From positions 1 through 37,555 of the IMG/VR virus record IMGVR_UViG_3300020042_007729: DNA of 37,555 bases; one strand, given 5' to 3'. Origin of the DNA: a virus. Lineage: Duplodnaviria > Caudoviricetes. The notes beneath the pieces were generated by a model, which saw only the letters and a list, made by a program, of their open reading frames with translations, made no database searches and was not told the origin of the DNA. A program made the position numbers and the translations under genes. This document shows positions 17,917 to 26,755 of this stretch, piece by piece. How positions within the stretch are numbered: position 1 is the stretch's first letter; the number at the start of each line of letters is the position of its first letter.

Positions 17917-18461
17917 ACAAGACCCCGAGATTCATCACCCTAAGCAAGCCCTACGCAAAAAGCCTGAAAGCCTGGTACTACCAGGTGCGCAAGAGCAGCG
18001 GCCGGATATCCGCGCAGGACAAGCGCCGCCTGAGTGAAGCGATGGCAAAAGCCTTCACTAAGAACACCTGGAGCAAGATGATGGTCGTTTACCCGATGAT
18101 CGGCCAGAGCGGAGAGACCGAGCCGGCACCCATGTGGAACCTGGAAAACCCGGCAGCAAACCGGATCCAGCTGGACATCAGCACCGACGGCGGCCAGACC
18201 TGGGAGACCAAGGACTTTATTACATCACCAAACAGCCATAAAATGAACACAGAGCAAACAGGGGCGGAGCAAGCCCAAGATACAGACCCGAGCGCCGGGC
18301 TGATCACCGAGGAGAAAGCGGCGGCGCTTTTAGGCATTAGCGAACGGACCCTGAAAAACATGGTCTACAGCGGCAAGATGCCCAAGGACGCCTACACCGT
18401 CGCGGTGACAGGAAAGCGCTTTTATTTTACAGACAAGCTGCTAGGCCTACCCAACAAGTGA
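17913..18461 (+). CDS. Composite protein: fibre-like N-terminal domain, Asp-box and excisionase-type HTH (possible internal start 18243)
   Basis: WSKMMVVYPMIG...WNLENP, then STDGGQTW, then LITEEKAAALLGISERTLKNMVYSGKMP. Confidence 0.7.
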   Translation: MNKTPRFITLSKPYAKSLKAWYYQVRKSSGRISAQDKRRLSEAMAKAFTKNTWSKMMVVYPMIGQSGETEPAPMWNLENPAANRIQLDISTDGGQTWETKDFITSPNSHKMNTEQTGAEQAQDTDPSAGLITEEKAAALLGISERTLKNMVYSGKMPKDAYTVAVTGKRFYFTDKLLGLPNK

Positions 18462-18481
18462 ACAACAAAACCCCATAGATC

Positions 18482-18763
18482 ATGACACGCAAGCTGAAAT
18501 TCGAAACCCCGATCAACGAGACCAACCGCCTGCACGGCACGCTGCTGGTCAAATTTCGCACCGATGACGACCCGCAGGACCCGCAGATCGAGATCGACGA
18601 GATCATTTACACCCAGGCCTACGCCGCCAACAAGAAAGCCGACATCACCTACCTGGTGAAGGAACACGCGGCCTACCTGTACGACCGGCTGAAAGCGATG
18701 GCAGAGAACCTGCTGGCCACGGAAGGACACCCCGAGCGCAGACCAAAAATGATGGAGGGCTAA
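18482..18763 (+). CDS. Hypothetical protein
   Basis: 93-aa ORF with typical codon usage that tiles with its neighbours. Confidence 0.7.
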   Translation: MTRKLKFETPINETNRLHGTLLVKFRTDDDPQDPQIEIDEIIYTQAYAANKKADITYLVKEHAAYLYDRLKAMAENLLATEGHPERRPKMMEG

Positions 18764-18766
18764 AGC

Positions 18767-19114
18767 ATGGGACTTTTAAGCAACATCGCAGCCATCGCAG
18801 CGGTCACCGGATCCTTCCTTTTTTTCCGCTGGCTGACCAAGCGCCCAACCAAGGCAGCCAGGGACGAGCAACAAAGCCAGGAGGTCCGCGACTTTTTACG
18901 GTTTTCCTGGGACCTGCGGGAGCAGATCCACAAAGCAGAAAGCAAAGCAGAGCTGGACGCCTGCGAATACGAGATCGACGCGATCGCGCAAACCTTCGAA
19001 GGCCTGGTGACCAGCGCCACGATGGAACAGCACCTGAGCCGGCTGACCATAGCCCTGCAGGTGAAGCGCGGCCGGATCCAAAAACGTGACCAGGGCAAAC
19101 CGTTTCCACGGTAA
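18767..19114 (+). CDS. Hypothetical protein with N-terminal membrane anchor
   Basis: Hydrophobic residues 3-21 followed by a basic patch and a helical domain. Confidence 0.7.
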   Translation: MGLLSNIAAIAAVTGSFLFFRWLTKRPTKAARDEQQSQEVRDFLRFSWDLREQIHKAESKAELDACEYEIDAIAQTFEGLVTSATMEQHLSRLTIALQVKRGRIQKRDQGKPFPR

Positions 19115-19142
19115 GGCACGAGTAGAAATCTCATAATTACCC

Positions 19143-19173
19143 GGCCCTTGCTTTCCAGCACGGGGCCCTTTTT
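19143..19173 (+). terminator. Rho-independent terminator
   Basis: GGCCCTTGCT-ttcc-AGCACGGGGCC followed by CTTTTT. Confidence 0.65.
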
Positions 19174-19209
19174 GACAGCAAATTTTTTCACAACAATAAA
19201 AACGACACG

Positions 19210-19608
19210 ATGGACATCAGAGTGATTTTAACAGCGGATCCAGCCCTTCTGGACGCAATCAACAACTTAGCCAGCGCCCTGCGCTCCAAGGCAACCACAG
19301 GCACGGAAACAGCCCACAGCAAGCACCAGGTGAAAGTAGAACTACCACAGGCACCCGGCCCGGATCCAGAGCCCACAGAGGAGCCCAAGCCGAAGCAGAC
19401 CAAAAAGAAACCTGCCGCCCCGGATCCAGAACCGAGCACCGGCGTCGCCCCGAGCCTTGAGCGGATCCAGGAGCTCGCCCGAGAGAAAGCCCAAGCCGGT
19501 AAGAAGGACGGCCTCAAGACTGCGCTCGCCAAATTTGAGGTCGGCAAGATCAGCGAACTGGCCGCGGACGATTACCTGGCCTTTTACAACACAATCAAAG
19601 CGCTATGA
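19210..19608 (+). CDS. Conserved protein typically found upstream of DUF2800 in APSE-like replication modules
   Basis: Pro/Lys-rich linker followed by SLERIQ...LAKFEVGKISEL...Y. Confidence 0.7.
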   Translation: MDIRVILTADPALLDAINNLASALRSKATTGTETAHSKHQVKVELPQAPGPDPEPTEEPKPKQTKKKPAAPDPEPSTGVAPSLERIQELAREKAQAGKKDGLKTALAKFEVGKISELAADDYLAFYNTIKAL

Positions 19609-20768
19609 GCCACGCCATTTTATCACCGAGCTCCGCGCACCGCTGGCTGACCTGCACCCCCAGCGCCCGCGAGGAACAAAAGTACCCCGACCGTGGCAGC
19701 GATGCCGCGGCCGAGGGCACCACAGCGCACAAGCTCGCGGAGCTGAGACTGATGCAGGAGTTGGTCGCAGACAGACCAGAAGCGCTCGAGGCTGAGCTGG
19801 ACGCGGTCCGGTCCGACAAGTGGTACACGCAAGCGATGGAGGAGCACGTGGACGACTACGTGGCCTTCGTGGTCGAGCGCTACAACAGCCTGGAAAGCCC
19901 GATCATCCTGCTCGAGCAGAAGATCGATCTGACACCCTGGGTACCGGAGGGCTACGGCACCGGCGACGTGGTCCTGATCGGACACGGCCAGGCGGAGCTG
20001 ATCGACCTGAAGTACGGCAAAGGCGTGCGCGTCGAAGCAGAGGCCAACAAGCAACTGAAGCTCTACGGACTGGGCGCGATCACGGACCTGGCCTTTTTGT
20101 ACGACATCGACCGGATCCGGCTGACGATCTACCAACCCAGGATAGGGAACTTTTCAAGCTGGGAGATTAGCCAGGACGAGCTGATGGGCTGGGCGGCGCA
20201 GGAGCTGATACCGAAAGCCAAGCTGGCCTGGGCCGGCAAGGGCGAGTACGTCCCCGGCGACCATTGCAAGTTCTGCAAAGCGGCCGCGGTTTGCAAGGCC
20301 AACGCAGAGCGGCACCTGAGCCTGGCCAAATACGACTTCGCACCCAGCAACGAGCTGAGCCCCGAGGAGATCGCAGACATCATCGGCCGCGGCGACGCCT
20401 TCAAAGCCTGGATCAAAGCGGTGGAGGACTACGCGCTCGACCAGGCGCTGAACCACGGCCAGGAGTGGCCTGGGTTTAAGCTGGTCGAAGGGCGCTCCGT
20501 ACGCAAGTACAGCAGCGAGGCCGTGGTGGCCAGCACCCTGGTGCAGCACGGACTGACGGAGGATGAGATACACAACTTCAGTCTGAAGGGCATCACCGAG
20601 ATGGAGAAACTACTAGGCAAAAAGCGCTTTGCAGAGATCCTGGACGGCCTGGTGATCAAGCCCCAGGGCAAGCCGACCCTGGTAGAGATTTCAGACAAGC
20701 GACCTGCCTGGCACAGTAACCAGGAGGCCGCCAAGGAATTCGAAGCGCACACCGGAGAGCCGGACTAA
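19605..20768 (+). CDS. DUF2800 Cas4-like PD-(D/E)XK exonuclease
   Basis: Motifs HAILSPSSAHRWLTC, EGTTAH, GTGD, IDLKYGKG, QLKLY and CKFCKAAAVC. Confidence 0.9.
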   Translation: MSHAILSPSSAHRWLTCTPSAREEQKYPDRGSDAAAEGTTAHKLAELRLMQELVADRPEALEAELDAVRSDKWYTQAMEEHVDDYVAFVVERYNSLESPIILLEQKIDLTPWVPEGYGTGDVVLIGHGQAELIDLKYGKGVRVEAEANKQLKLYGLGAITDLAFLYDIDRIRLTIYQPRIGNFSSWEISQDELMGWAAQELIPKAKLAWAGKGEYVPGDHCKFCKAAAVCKANAERHLSLAKYDFAPSNELSPEEIADIIGRGDAFKAWIKAVEDYALDQALNHGQEWPGFKLVEGRSVRKYSSEAVVASTLVQHGLTEDEIHNFSLKGITEMEKLLGKKRFAEILDGLVIKPQGKPTLVEISDKRPAWHSNQEAAKEFEAHTGEPD

Positions 20769-20879
20769 AAAAGATATCCACAAGATCCAGAAAACCGTTG
20801 ACCATTAGCAACCGGGCGCTTACATTTAACGCCCCGCGCAATTTTAGAAACCGATTAATCACGAATAAAAACAAGCACT

Positions 20880-21452
20880 ATGTCAGAGACAAAAAGCCCG
20901 AGCACGCAGAGCACCAAGGTCATCACCGGCCTGGTACGATTCAGTTACCTGCAGGTTTTTGAACCCAGCAAGGTGGGAGACAGCGAGGACCTGAAGTACA
21001 GCGTTTCGCTGATTATTCCCAAGAGCGACAAAAAGACCGTCGCCGCAATCCAGAAAGCCGTGGCCGCGGCAACCGAAGCCGGCAAAGACTCCAAGTTCGG
21101 CGGCAAGCTGCCCAAGAACTTAAAGAACCCGCTGCGCGACGGTGACGAGGAGCGCGAGGACGATCCCGCGTACAAAGACGCGTGGTTTTTAACCGCCAAC
21201 AGCAAGACCAAGCCAGGGCTGGTGGACAAAGACGTCAACCCGATCCTGGACCGCGAGGAGCTCTACAGCGGCTGCTACGGCAAAGCCAGCATTACCTTCT
21301 ACGCCTTTGACGTGAAGGGCAACAAAGGCATCGCCTGCGGCCTGAACCACCTGCAGAAGATCAAAGACGGCGAGAGCCTGGCCGGAGGCCGTGGCAACGC
21401 TGCAGACGACTTCGAACAGGAGGACGAGGACGACTATAGCTTTTTAGACTAA
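20880..21452 (+). CDS. DUF2815 single-stranded DNA-binding protein (T7 gp2.5-like)
   Basis: Motifs VRFSY, KYSVSLIIPK, PLRDGD, YSGCY and GNKGIACGL, plus an acidic tail ending in YSFLD. Confidence 0.9.
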   Translation: MSETKSPSTQSTKVITGLVRFSYLQVFEPSKVGDSEDLKYSVSLIIPKSDKKTVAAIQKAVAAATEAGKDSKFGGKLPKNLKNPLRDGDEEREDDPAYKDAWFLTANSKTKPGLVDKDVNPILDREELYSGCYGKASITFYAFDVKGNKGIACGLNHLQKIKDGESLAGGRGNAADDFEQEDEDDYSFLD

Positions 21453-21458
21453 GCCCAC

Positions 21459-21494
21459 AAGCCAGGCAGCAAACCCGCTGCCTGGCTTTTTTTT
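21459..21494 (+). terminator. Rho-independent terminator
   Basis: Perfect 12-bp stem AAGCCAGGCAGC-aaaccc-GCTGCCTGGCTT followed by a T run. Confidence 0.9.
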
Positions 21495-21517
21495 CCTTCC
21501 ACAGAACCCGATCAACG

Positions 21518-23449
21518 ATGACATTACACATAGACATTGAAACCTACAGCGAGACCGACCTGGGCGCTGCCGGGATGTACCGATACGCGGAGGATCCAGC
21601 CTTCGAGATCCTGCTGATCGCCTACAAAGTGGACGACGGGCCGACCACGGTGATCGACCTGAAGGGGCATGACCAAGGCCCGGAGATGGTGGAATTTTTA
21701 ACCTACCTATCAGACCCGCGCGTCAAAAAGAAAGCCTGGAACGCGCAATTTGAACGGACCTGTCTGGCCCGACATTTCCAGATCCAGCTGCCGCCCGATC
21801 CATGGCATTGCACCATGGTCCGCGCAGCCAGCGCCGGGCTACCGCTCAACCTGGACCAAGCCGCAGCGGCGCTCAAGGCCACACCGAAAGCGCCCCAGGG
21901 CAAGACGCTGATACGCTACTTTTGCGTGCCCTGCAAACCGACCAAGACCAACGGCGGGAGAACCCGCAACCTACCGAGCCATGCGCCCGAGCCATGGGCG
22001 GCCTTTAAGCAATACTGCCTCCAAGACGTCGACACCGAGTACGAGATCGACCAGATCCTGGACCGCCAACGGATCCAGACGCCGGATGACGAGCGCTTTT
22101 TATACATCCTGGACCAACGGATCAACGACACCGGCGTGCTGGTGGACCGGGACCTGGTGCGCCAAGCGATCAAGCTGGACACCGAGCACCGCGAGAAACT
22201 GACCCAGGAGGCAGCCAGGCTGACCGGACTCAGCAACCCGAACAGCGTCGCGCAACTAAGCGCCTGGATGGCCCGAAAAAAGCTGATCATGAACAGCCTC
22301 AGCAAAGCGGCCGTCGCGGAGGCCATGGCGCACGTGAACGACACCGAGATCCGGCGCGTGCTAAAGATCCGGCAGGAGACCAGCAAGAGCAGCGTGAAAA
22401 AATACGAGGCCATGGCAGCCAGCGTCTGCCAGGACGGCCGCGTGCGCGGACTGCTGCAGTTCTACGGAGCCAACCGGACCGGGCGCTGGGCCGGGCGCTT
22501 GATCCAGGTGCAGAACCTGCCGCAGAACCACATGAAAGGTCTGGACACAGCCCGCCAAGCGGTGAAGGACGGCGACCTGGAGACCCTGGACCTGATCTAC
22601 GACAGCCCGAGCAACGTGCTAAGCGAGCTGGTCCGGACGGCATTTATAGCGCCCCCAGGCAAGACGCTGATCGCCGTGGACTTCTCCGCGATCGAGGCCC
22701 GGGTCATTGCCTGGCTGGCCGGAGAAAAGTGGCGGCTGGACGTTTTCAACACCCACGGCAAGATCTACGAGGCCAGCGCCGCGGCCATGTTCAAGGTGCC
22801 GATCGAGCAGGTAGACAAACCGATGCGGGCCAAGGGCAAGATCGCAGAACTGGCGCTGGGCTTCGGCGGCGGCGTGGCCGCGCTCCAAGCCATGGGTAGC
22901 CAGAAGATGGGCCTGGACGATGACGACCTGCCGGACCTGGTGAACCGCTGGCGAAGGGCCAACCCAAAGATCACGCACCTATGGACCAGCGTCGAACAAC
23001 TGGCCCTGGCCGCGATGAGATCCGGCGCAGCCAACATCGGCAGCAAGCTCAGCGCCCGCTACGACAAAGGACTGCTGCGGCTGAGGCTACCCAGCGGCCG
23101 GGAACTTTGCTACCAGGGAGCGCGGCTGGAGGAGAGCCACCGCGGCCAGCAGATCAGCTACCAGGGCACGGACCAGACCACAAAGCAATGGGGCCGACAG
23201 CGGACCTACGGCGGCAAGCTGGTGGAGAACGTGGTGCAGGCCACAGCCAGGGACCTACTCGGCCAAGCGCTGCTGCGCCTGAACCGGGCCGGTTTCAAGA
23301 TCATCATGCACGTCCACGATGAAGTGGTGATGGAGGGCGACCCCGGCGACCTGGCCCGAGCGACAGCGCTGATCAGCCAACCAGTGGACTGGGCCCCAGG
23401 GCTACCGCTGGCCGCGGACGGTTTCGAAGCAAGCTATTACCAAAAATAA
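21518..23449 (+). CDS. Family A DNA polymerase (APSE/SPO2-like) with 3'-5' exonuclease
   Basis: Exonuclease motifs DIET, NAQFE and YCLQD. Motif A DFSAIEARV, motif B RAKGKIAELALGFG, motif C HVHDE. Confidence 0.95.
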   Translation: MTLHIDIETYSETDLGAAGMYRYAEDPAFEILLIAYKVDDGPTTVIDLKGHDQGPEMVEFLTYLSDPRVKKKAWNAQFERTCLARHFQIQLPPDPWHCTMVRAASAGLPLNLDQAAAALKATPKAPQGKTLIRYFCVPCKPTKTNGGRTRNLPSHAPEPWAAFKQYCLQDVDTEYEIDQILDRQRIQTPDDERFLYILDQRINDTGVLVDRDLVRQAIKLDTEHREKLTQEAARLTGLSNPNSVAQLSAWMARKKLIMNSLSKAAVAEAMAHVNDTEIRRVLKIRQETSKSSVKKYEAMAASVCQDGRVRGLLQFYGANRTGRWAGRLIQVQNLPQNHMKGLDTARQAVKDGDLETLDLIYDSPSNVLSELVRTAFIAPPGKTLIAVDFSAIEARVIAWLAGEKWRLDVFNTHGKIYEASAAAMFKVPIEQVDKPMRAKGKIAELALGFGGGVAALQAMGSQKMGLDDDDLPDLVNRWRRANPKITHLWTSVEQLALAAMRSGAANIGSKLSARYDKGLLRLRLPSGRELCYQGARLEESHRGQQISYQGTDQTTKQWGRQRTYGGKLVENVVQATARDLLGQALLRLNRAGFKIIMHVHDEVVMEGDPGDLARATALISQPVDWAPGLPLAADGFEASYYQK

Positions 23450-23460
23450 AAACTAACGAC

Positions 23461-23634
23461 ATGGCAATGACAGACAACACCCTGATGCCTTGGGGCCTAC
23501 ACAAAGGCAAGCCGCTGATCAGCGTCCCCGCAGATTACCTGCTCTGGCTATACGACAACAAAAAAGCCCACGGAGACCTAAAAGACTACATCAAAAGCAA
23601 CCTGGACGTGCTAAAAAAAGAGGCCAACAGATAG
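23461..23634 (+). CDS. DUF3820-like small protein (57 aa, not in the ORF track)
   Basis: MPWGLHKGKPLISVPADYLLWL matches the MPFGKxKG...PxxYLxW pattern. Confidence 0.8.
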   Translation: MAMTDNTLMPWGLHKGKPLISVPADYLLWLYDNKKAHGDLKDYIKSNLDVLKKEANR

Positions 23635-23670
23635 CGAAAATTTAACAACGACCAAACCTGAATTAAACGC

Positions 23671-26106
23671 ATGAAACAAAGCAACCTGACCGACCAGGAC
23701 CGGGATCTCGACATCGCGGTGGCAAAAAGCCGTCGGGATAAGCGCTGGAGAAACAAGCGGATCAGCTGGTCCGAGCTGGCAGAGCGCCTGAGCCGGACGC
23801 ACCGGACCCACGAAGCGCTGAAGGACTACCTGCGCATGACCAAAGACAAGCAAGACGATATCAAGGACGTCGGCGGATTCGTTGGCGGATACCTTCGTGA
23901 CGGGATCCGCAAGAACGGCCAGGTGAAGCACCGGCAGCTGCTGACCCTGGACATCGACCTGGCCAGCCCCGAGTTTTGGGACGACTTCACCCTGGCCTAC
24001 GGCGAAGCCGCGGTGGTTTACAGCACCCACAAGCACCAACCCGAGCACCCGAGGCTGAGGCTGGTGATGCCGCTGGCCCGGCCCGTCACCGAGGAGGAGT
24101 ACGAACCGATCGCCCGGCGCGTGGCCAGCGTGCTCGGCATCGATCAATTTGACCACACCACCTACCAGCCAACCCGGCTGATGTACTGGCCAAGCACCGC
24201 GAAGGACGGCGAGTATTATTACCAAAGCCAGAACGGCCCGCGGCTGGATCCTGACCGGATCCTGGCCAGCTACACCGACTGGAGAGACAGCAGCGGCTGG
24301 CCCGTCGGATCCACCGAGAACGAGCACGTAAAGCGCGCAGCGAAGAAAGCCGGAGACCCGCTCGAGAAGCCAGGGATCATCGGAGCCTTCTGCCGGACGC
24401 ACACGATCGAAGCCGCGATCACCCACTACCTGGACGCCGTCTACCAGCCGACCCAGGACCCGGACCGATACACCTACGCGGCCGGATCCACCGCAGGCGG
24501 CCTGGTGGTTTATGACGGCCGGTTTGCCTTCTCGCACCACGGTACCGACCCGATTAGCGGCCAGCTCTGCAACGCCTTCGACCTGGTGCGCCTGCACCTA
24601 TACGGGGCAGAGGACGAGGGCCAGGAAGACACGCCGGTCAACAAGCGCCCGAGCTACGGCAAGATGGTCGCCCTGGCCCTACAGGACAACCAGGTGAAGC
24701 TCACCATTGGCGAGGAGCGGCTGGCCGAAAGCCGCGCGGACTTTAGCCAGGAGGCCGGCGAGGACGAGGAGCTGGAGGAGAACACCGACTGGCTGAAGGA
24801 ATTGGAGATGACGCACACGGGCCAGTACCGCAGGACCATAGAAAACATTGTCCTGATCCTGGAGAACGACCCGCGGCTGAAAGGCAAGCTGCAGCGCAAC
24901 ACCTTCACCGACAAAGAAGTGATCCGGGGCCAGGTGCCCTGGCGCAAGGTGACCCGCGCCACGCCGTATTTCACCGACAAAGACATCGTCGGGATCCGCC
25001 ACTACCTGGAGCGCGTCTACGAGATCGACCACAAGCAAAAAACGCTGGAGGCGATCGAGGTGGTCCTGGGCAAACACAGCTACCACCCGGTGCAGGACTA
25101 CCTGGACGGTTTGACCTGGGACGGGGAGGAGCGGCTGGACACGCTGTTGATCGATTACCTGGGCGCAGAGGACACACCCTACACCCGAGCGGTGACCCGC
25201 AAGACGCTCACCGCAGCCGTCGCCCGGATCCGCAGGCCAGGTACCAAGTTCGACTACGTCCTGACCCTGGTGGGAAAACAGGGCGCTGGCAAGAGCACCC
25301 TGATCAGCCGGCTGGGCGGAGAGTGGTACTGCGAGAACCTGACCACGGTCCAAGGCAAAGAGGCGGCGGAGCAGCTGCGCGGCGTCTGGATCCTGGAGAT
25401 GGGCGAGCTGGCCGGACTGAAGAAAGCCGAACAGGAGATCATAAAGAACTTCATCAGCCGGCAGGAGGATAGCTACCGGCCCGCCTACGGGATCAAAAAG
25501 GAAACTTACCCCAGGCAGTGCATCTTCATCGGGACGACCAACAACGAGGACTTCCTGCGGGACGCTACCGGAAACCGGCGCTTTTGGCCCGTCGCGATCA
25601 GCGATGACCTGCGGATCGGTCAGCGGATCCACGCGGAGCTGACCAAGGACCTGGTCGCGCAGATTTGGGCGGAGGCCCAAGAGCGCTACAGGGAAGGAGA
25701 GACGCTGTACCTGGACGCGGAGACCGAAGCCGCAGCGCGGGAGATCCAGGAGCAACACCGGGAGCGGGACGCGCGGCACGACGCGGTGAAGCGGTACCTG
25801 GAGCAGAAGCTGCCCGTGGGCTGGGAGAACATGAACCTATACCAGCGCCGGGACTTTTTGAACGGCGACCCGCTGCAGGCAGAGGGCACCGAGACCAGGG
25901 ACCTGGTGAGCGTGGCGGAGATCTGGCTGGAGTGCTTGGGAGGCCAACTAAAGGACCTGAACAGCCACAACACCAAACCGATACACGAGATCATGAGAAC
26001 GATGCCTGGATGGCGACCGAGCAAGGGCAAGCGGATGGTTTCAGGAGGCTACGGAAAGCGCGCAGGATACATCAGGATCGGGTCCTTAAAACACGACTGG
26101 GACTGA
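23671..26106 (+). CDS. Primase-helicase (prim-pol-like N-terminus plus VirE/VapE-family helicase)
   Basis: N-terminal LDID, YSTHKH and RLRL. Walker A GKQGAGKST, followed by YRPAYG, FIGTTN and LRDATGNRRFWP. Confidence 0.92.
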   Translation: MKQSNLTDQDRDLDIAVAKSRRDKRWRNKRISWSELAERLSRTHRTHEALKDYLRMTKDKQDDIKDVGGFVGGYLRDGIRKNGQVKHRQLLTLDIDLASPEFWDDFTLAYGEAAVVYSTHKHQPEHPRLRLVMPLARPVTEEEYEPIARRVASVLGIDQFDHTTYQPTRLMYWPSTAKDGEYYYQSQNGPRLDPDRILASYTDWRDSSGWPVGSTENEHVKRAAKKAGDPLEKPGIIGAFCRTHTIEAAITHYLDAVYQPTQDPDRYTYAAGSTAGGLVVYDGRFAFSHHGTDPISGQLCNAFDLVRLHLYGAEDEGQEDTPVNKRPSYGKMVALALQDNQVKLTIGEERLAESRADFSQEAGEDEELEENTDWLKELEMTHTGQYRRTIENIVLILENDPRLKGKLQRNTFTDKEVIRGQVPWRKVTRATPYFTDKDIVGIRHYLERVYEIDHKQKTLEAIEVVLGKHSYHPVQDYLDGLTWDGEERLDTLLIDYLGAEDTPYTRAVTRKTLTAAVARIRRPGTKFDYVLTLVGKQGAGKSTLISRLGGEWYCENLTTVQGKEAAEQLRGVWILEMGELAGLKKAEQEIIKNFISRQEDSYRPAYGIKKETYPRQCIFIGTTNNEDFLRDATGNRRFWPVAISDDLRIGQRIHAELTKDLVAQIWAEAQERYREGETLYLDAETEAAAREIQEQHRERDARHDAVKRYLEQKLPVGWENMNLYQRRDFLNGDPLQAEGTETRDLVSVAEIWLECLGGQLKDLNSHNTKPIHEIMRTMPGWRPSKGKRMVSGGYGKRAGYIRIGSLKHDWD

Positions 26107-26430
26107 AAAAAAACCGGACCAGGTGACCCCTAAAAACGGACCAGCTGGACCAGCAAAGCACAAAATTACACAAAATGACAAGAAGCAAAATGCCTACCTG
26201 GACCAGGACCGGACCAGCAAAAAACGACCCCACCTGGTCCGGGCCAAAACCAAGCTGGGCGTGCGTTTCAGGGTCATCGGACCAGGTGGACCAGCAAAAA
26301 AATAAAAAAAGGGAAAAAAGGGATTTAGGCAGAACGCGAGCCCGCGCGAGGCACCTGATCTGCCTAATACGCGTATACGCGTAAAAAAGCATTTTTTGCT
26401 GGTCCGGCAGGTCCGGGCCAAAAACTGACA
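26107..26430. repeat. Candidate replication origin: clustered direct and inverted GGACCAG repeats, A-tracts and a 16-bp palindrome
   Basis: GGACCAG at 26116, 26138, 26147, 26200, 26211, 26279 and 26288, inverted copies at 26234 and 26399, and TACGCGTATACGCGTA at 26368-26383. Confidence 0.65.
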
Positions 26431-26434
26431 CGAA

Positions 26435-26755
26435 ATGAGCGGAGAAAAGAAATACGAAAAACAGCTACGGGAGACGGTCCAAAAACTGGGCGGCAAGGCC
26501 CTGAAGTTCTGGTGCGTTTCCTTCACCGGATTTCCGGACCGGATGGTCCTGATGCCAGGCGGCCGGATCCATTTTGTGGAACTGAAAAGCCCGGACAAGC
26601 AACCAACCCCCAGGCAGCTGGTCGTGCACCGGCAGCTGCGGGCCTTGGGTTTCCCGGTGCACACGATCAATAACCAATTCGGACTTTTACAATTTTTAAA
26701 CACGATTAAAAAACACGATCATGAGAGACAGACTACAAGAACTGACCGGCACTAA
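26435..26755 (+). CDS. VRR-NUC domain nuclease
   Basis: Motifs EKKYE, GFPDR, FVELK and PTPRQ. Confidence 0.9.
   Translation: MSGEKKYEKQLRETVQKLGGKALKFWCVSFTGFPDRMVLMPGGRIHFVELKSPDKQPTPRQLVVHRQLRALGFPVHTINNQFGLLQFLNTIKKHDHERQTTRTDRH

Noticed and set aside
19605-20768. Cas4-like nuclease as evidence of a CRISPR-Cas system
   Set aside because: There is no cas1, cas2 or array. It is the usual DUF2800 gene of the APSE-like replication module.
26123-26384. Short ORFs in the gap after the primase-helicase
   Set aside because: They are low-complexity translations of the repeat and A-tract region, which is better explained as non-coding.
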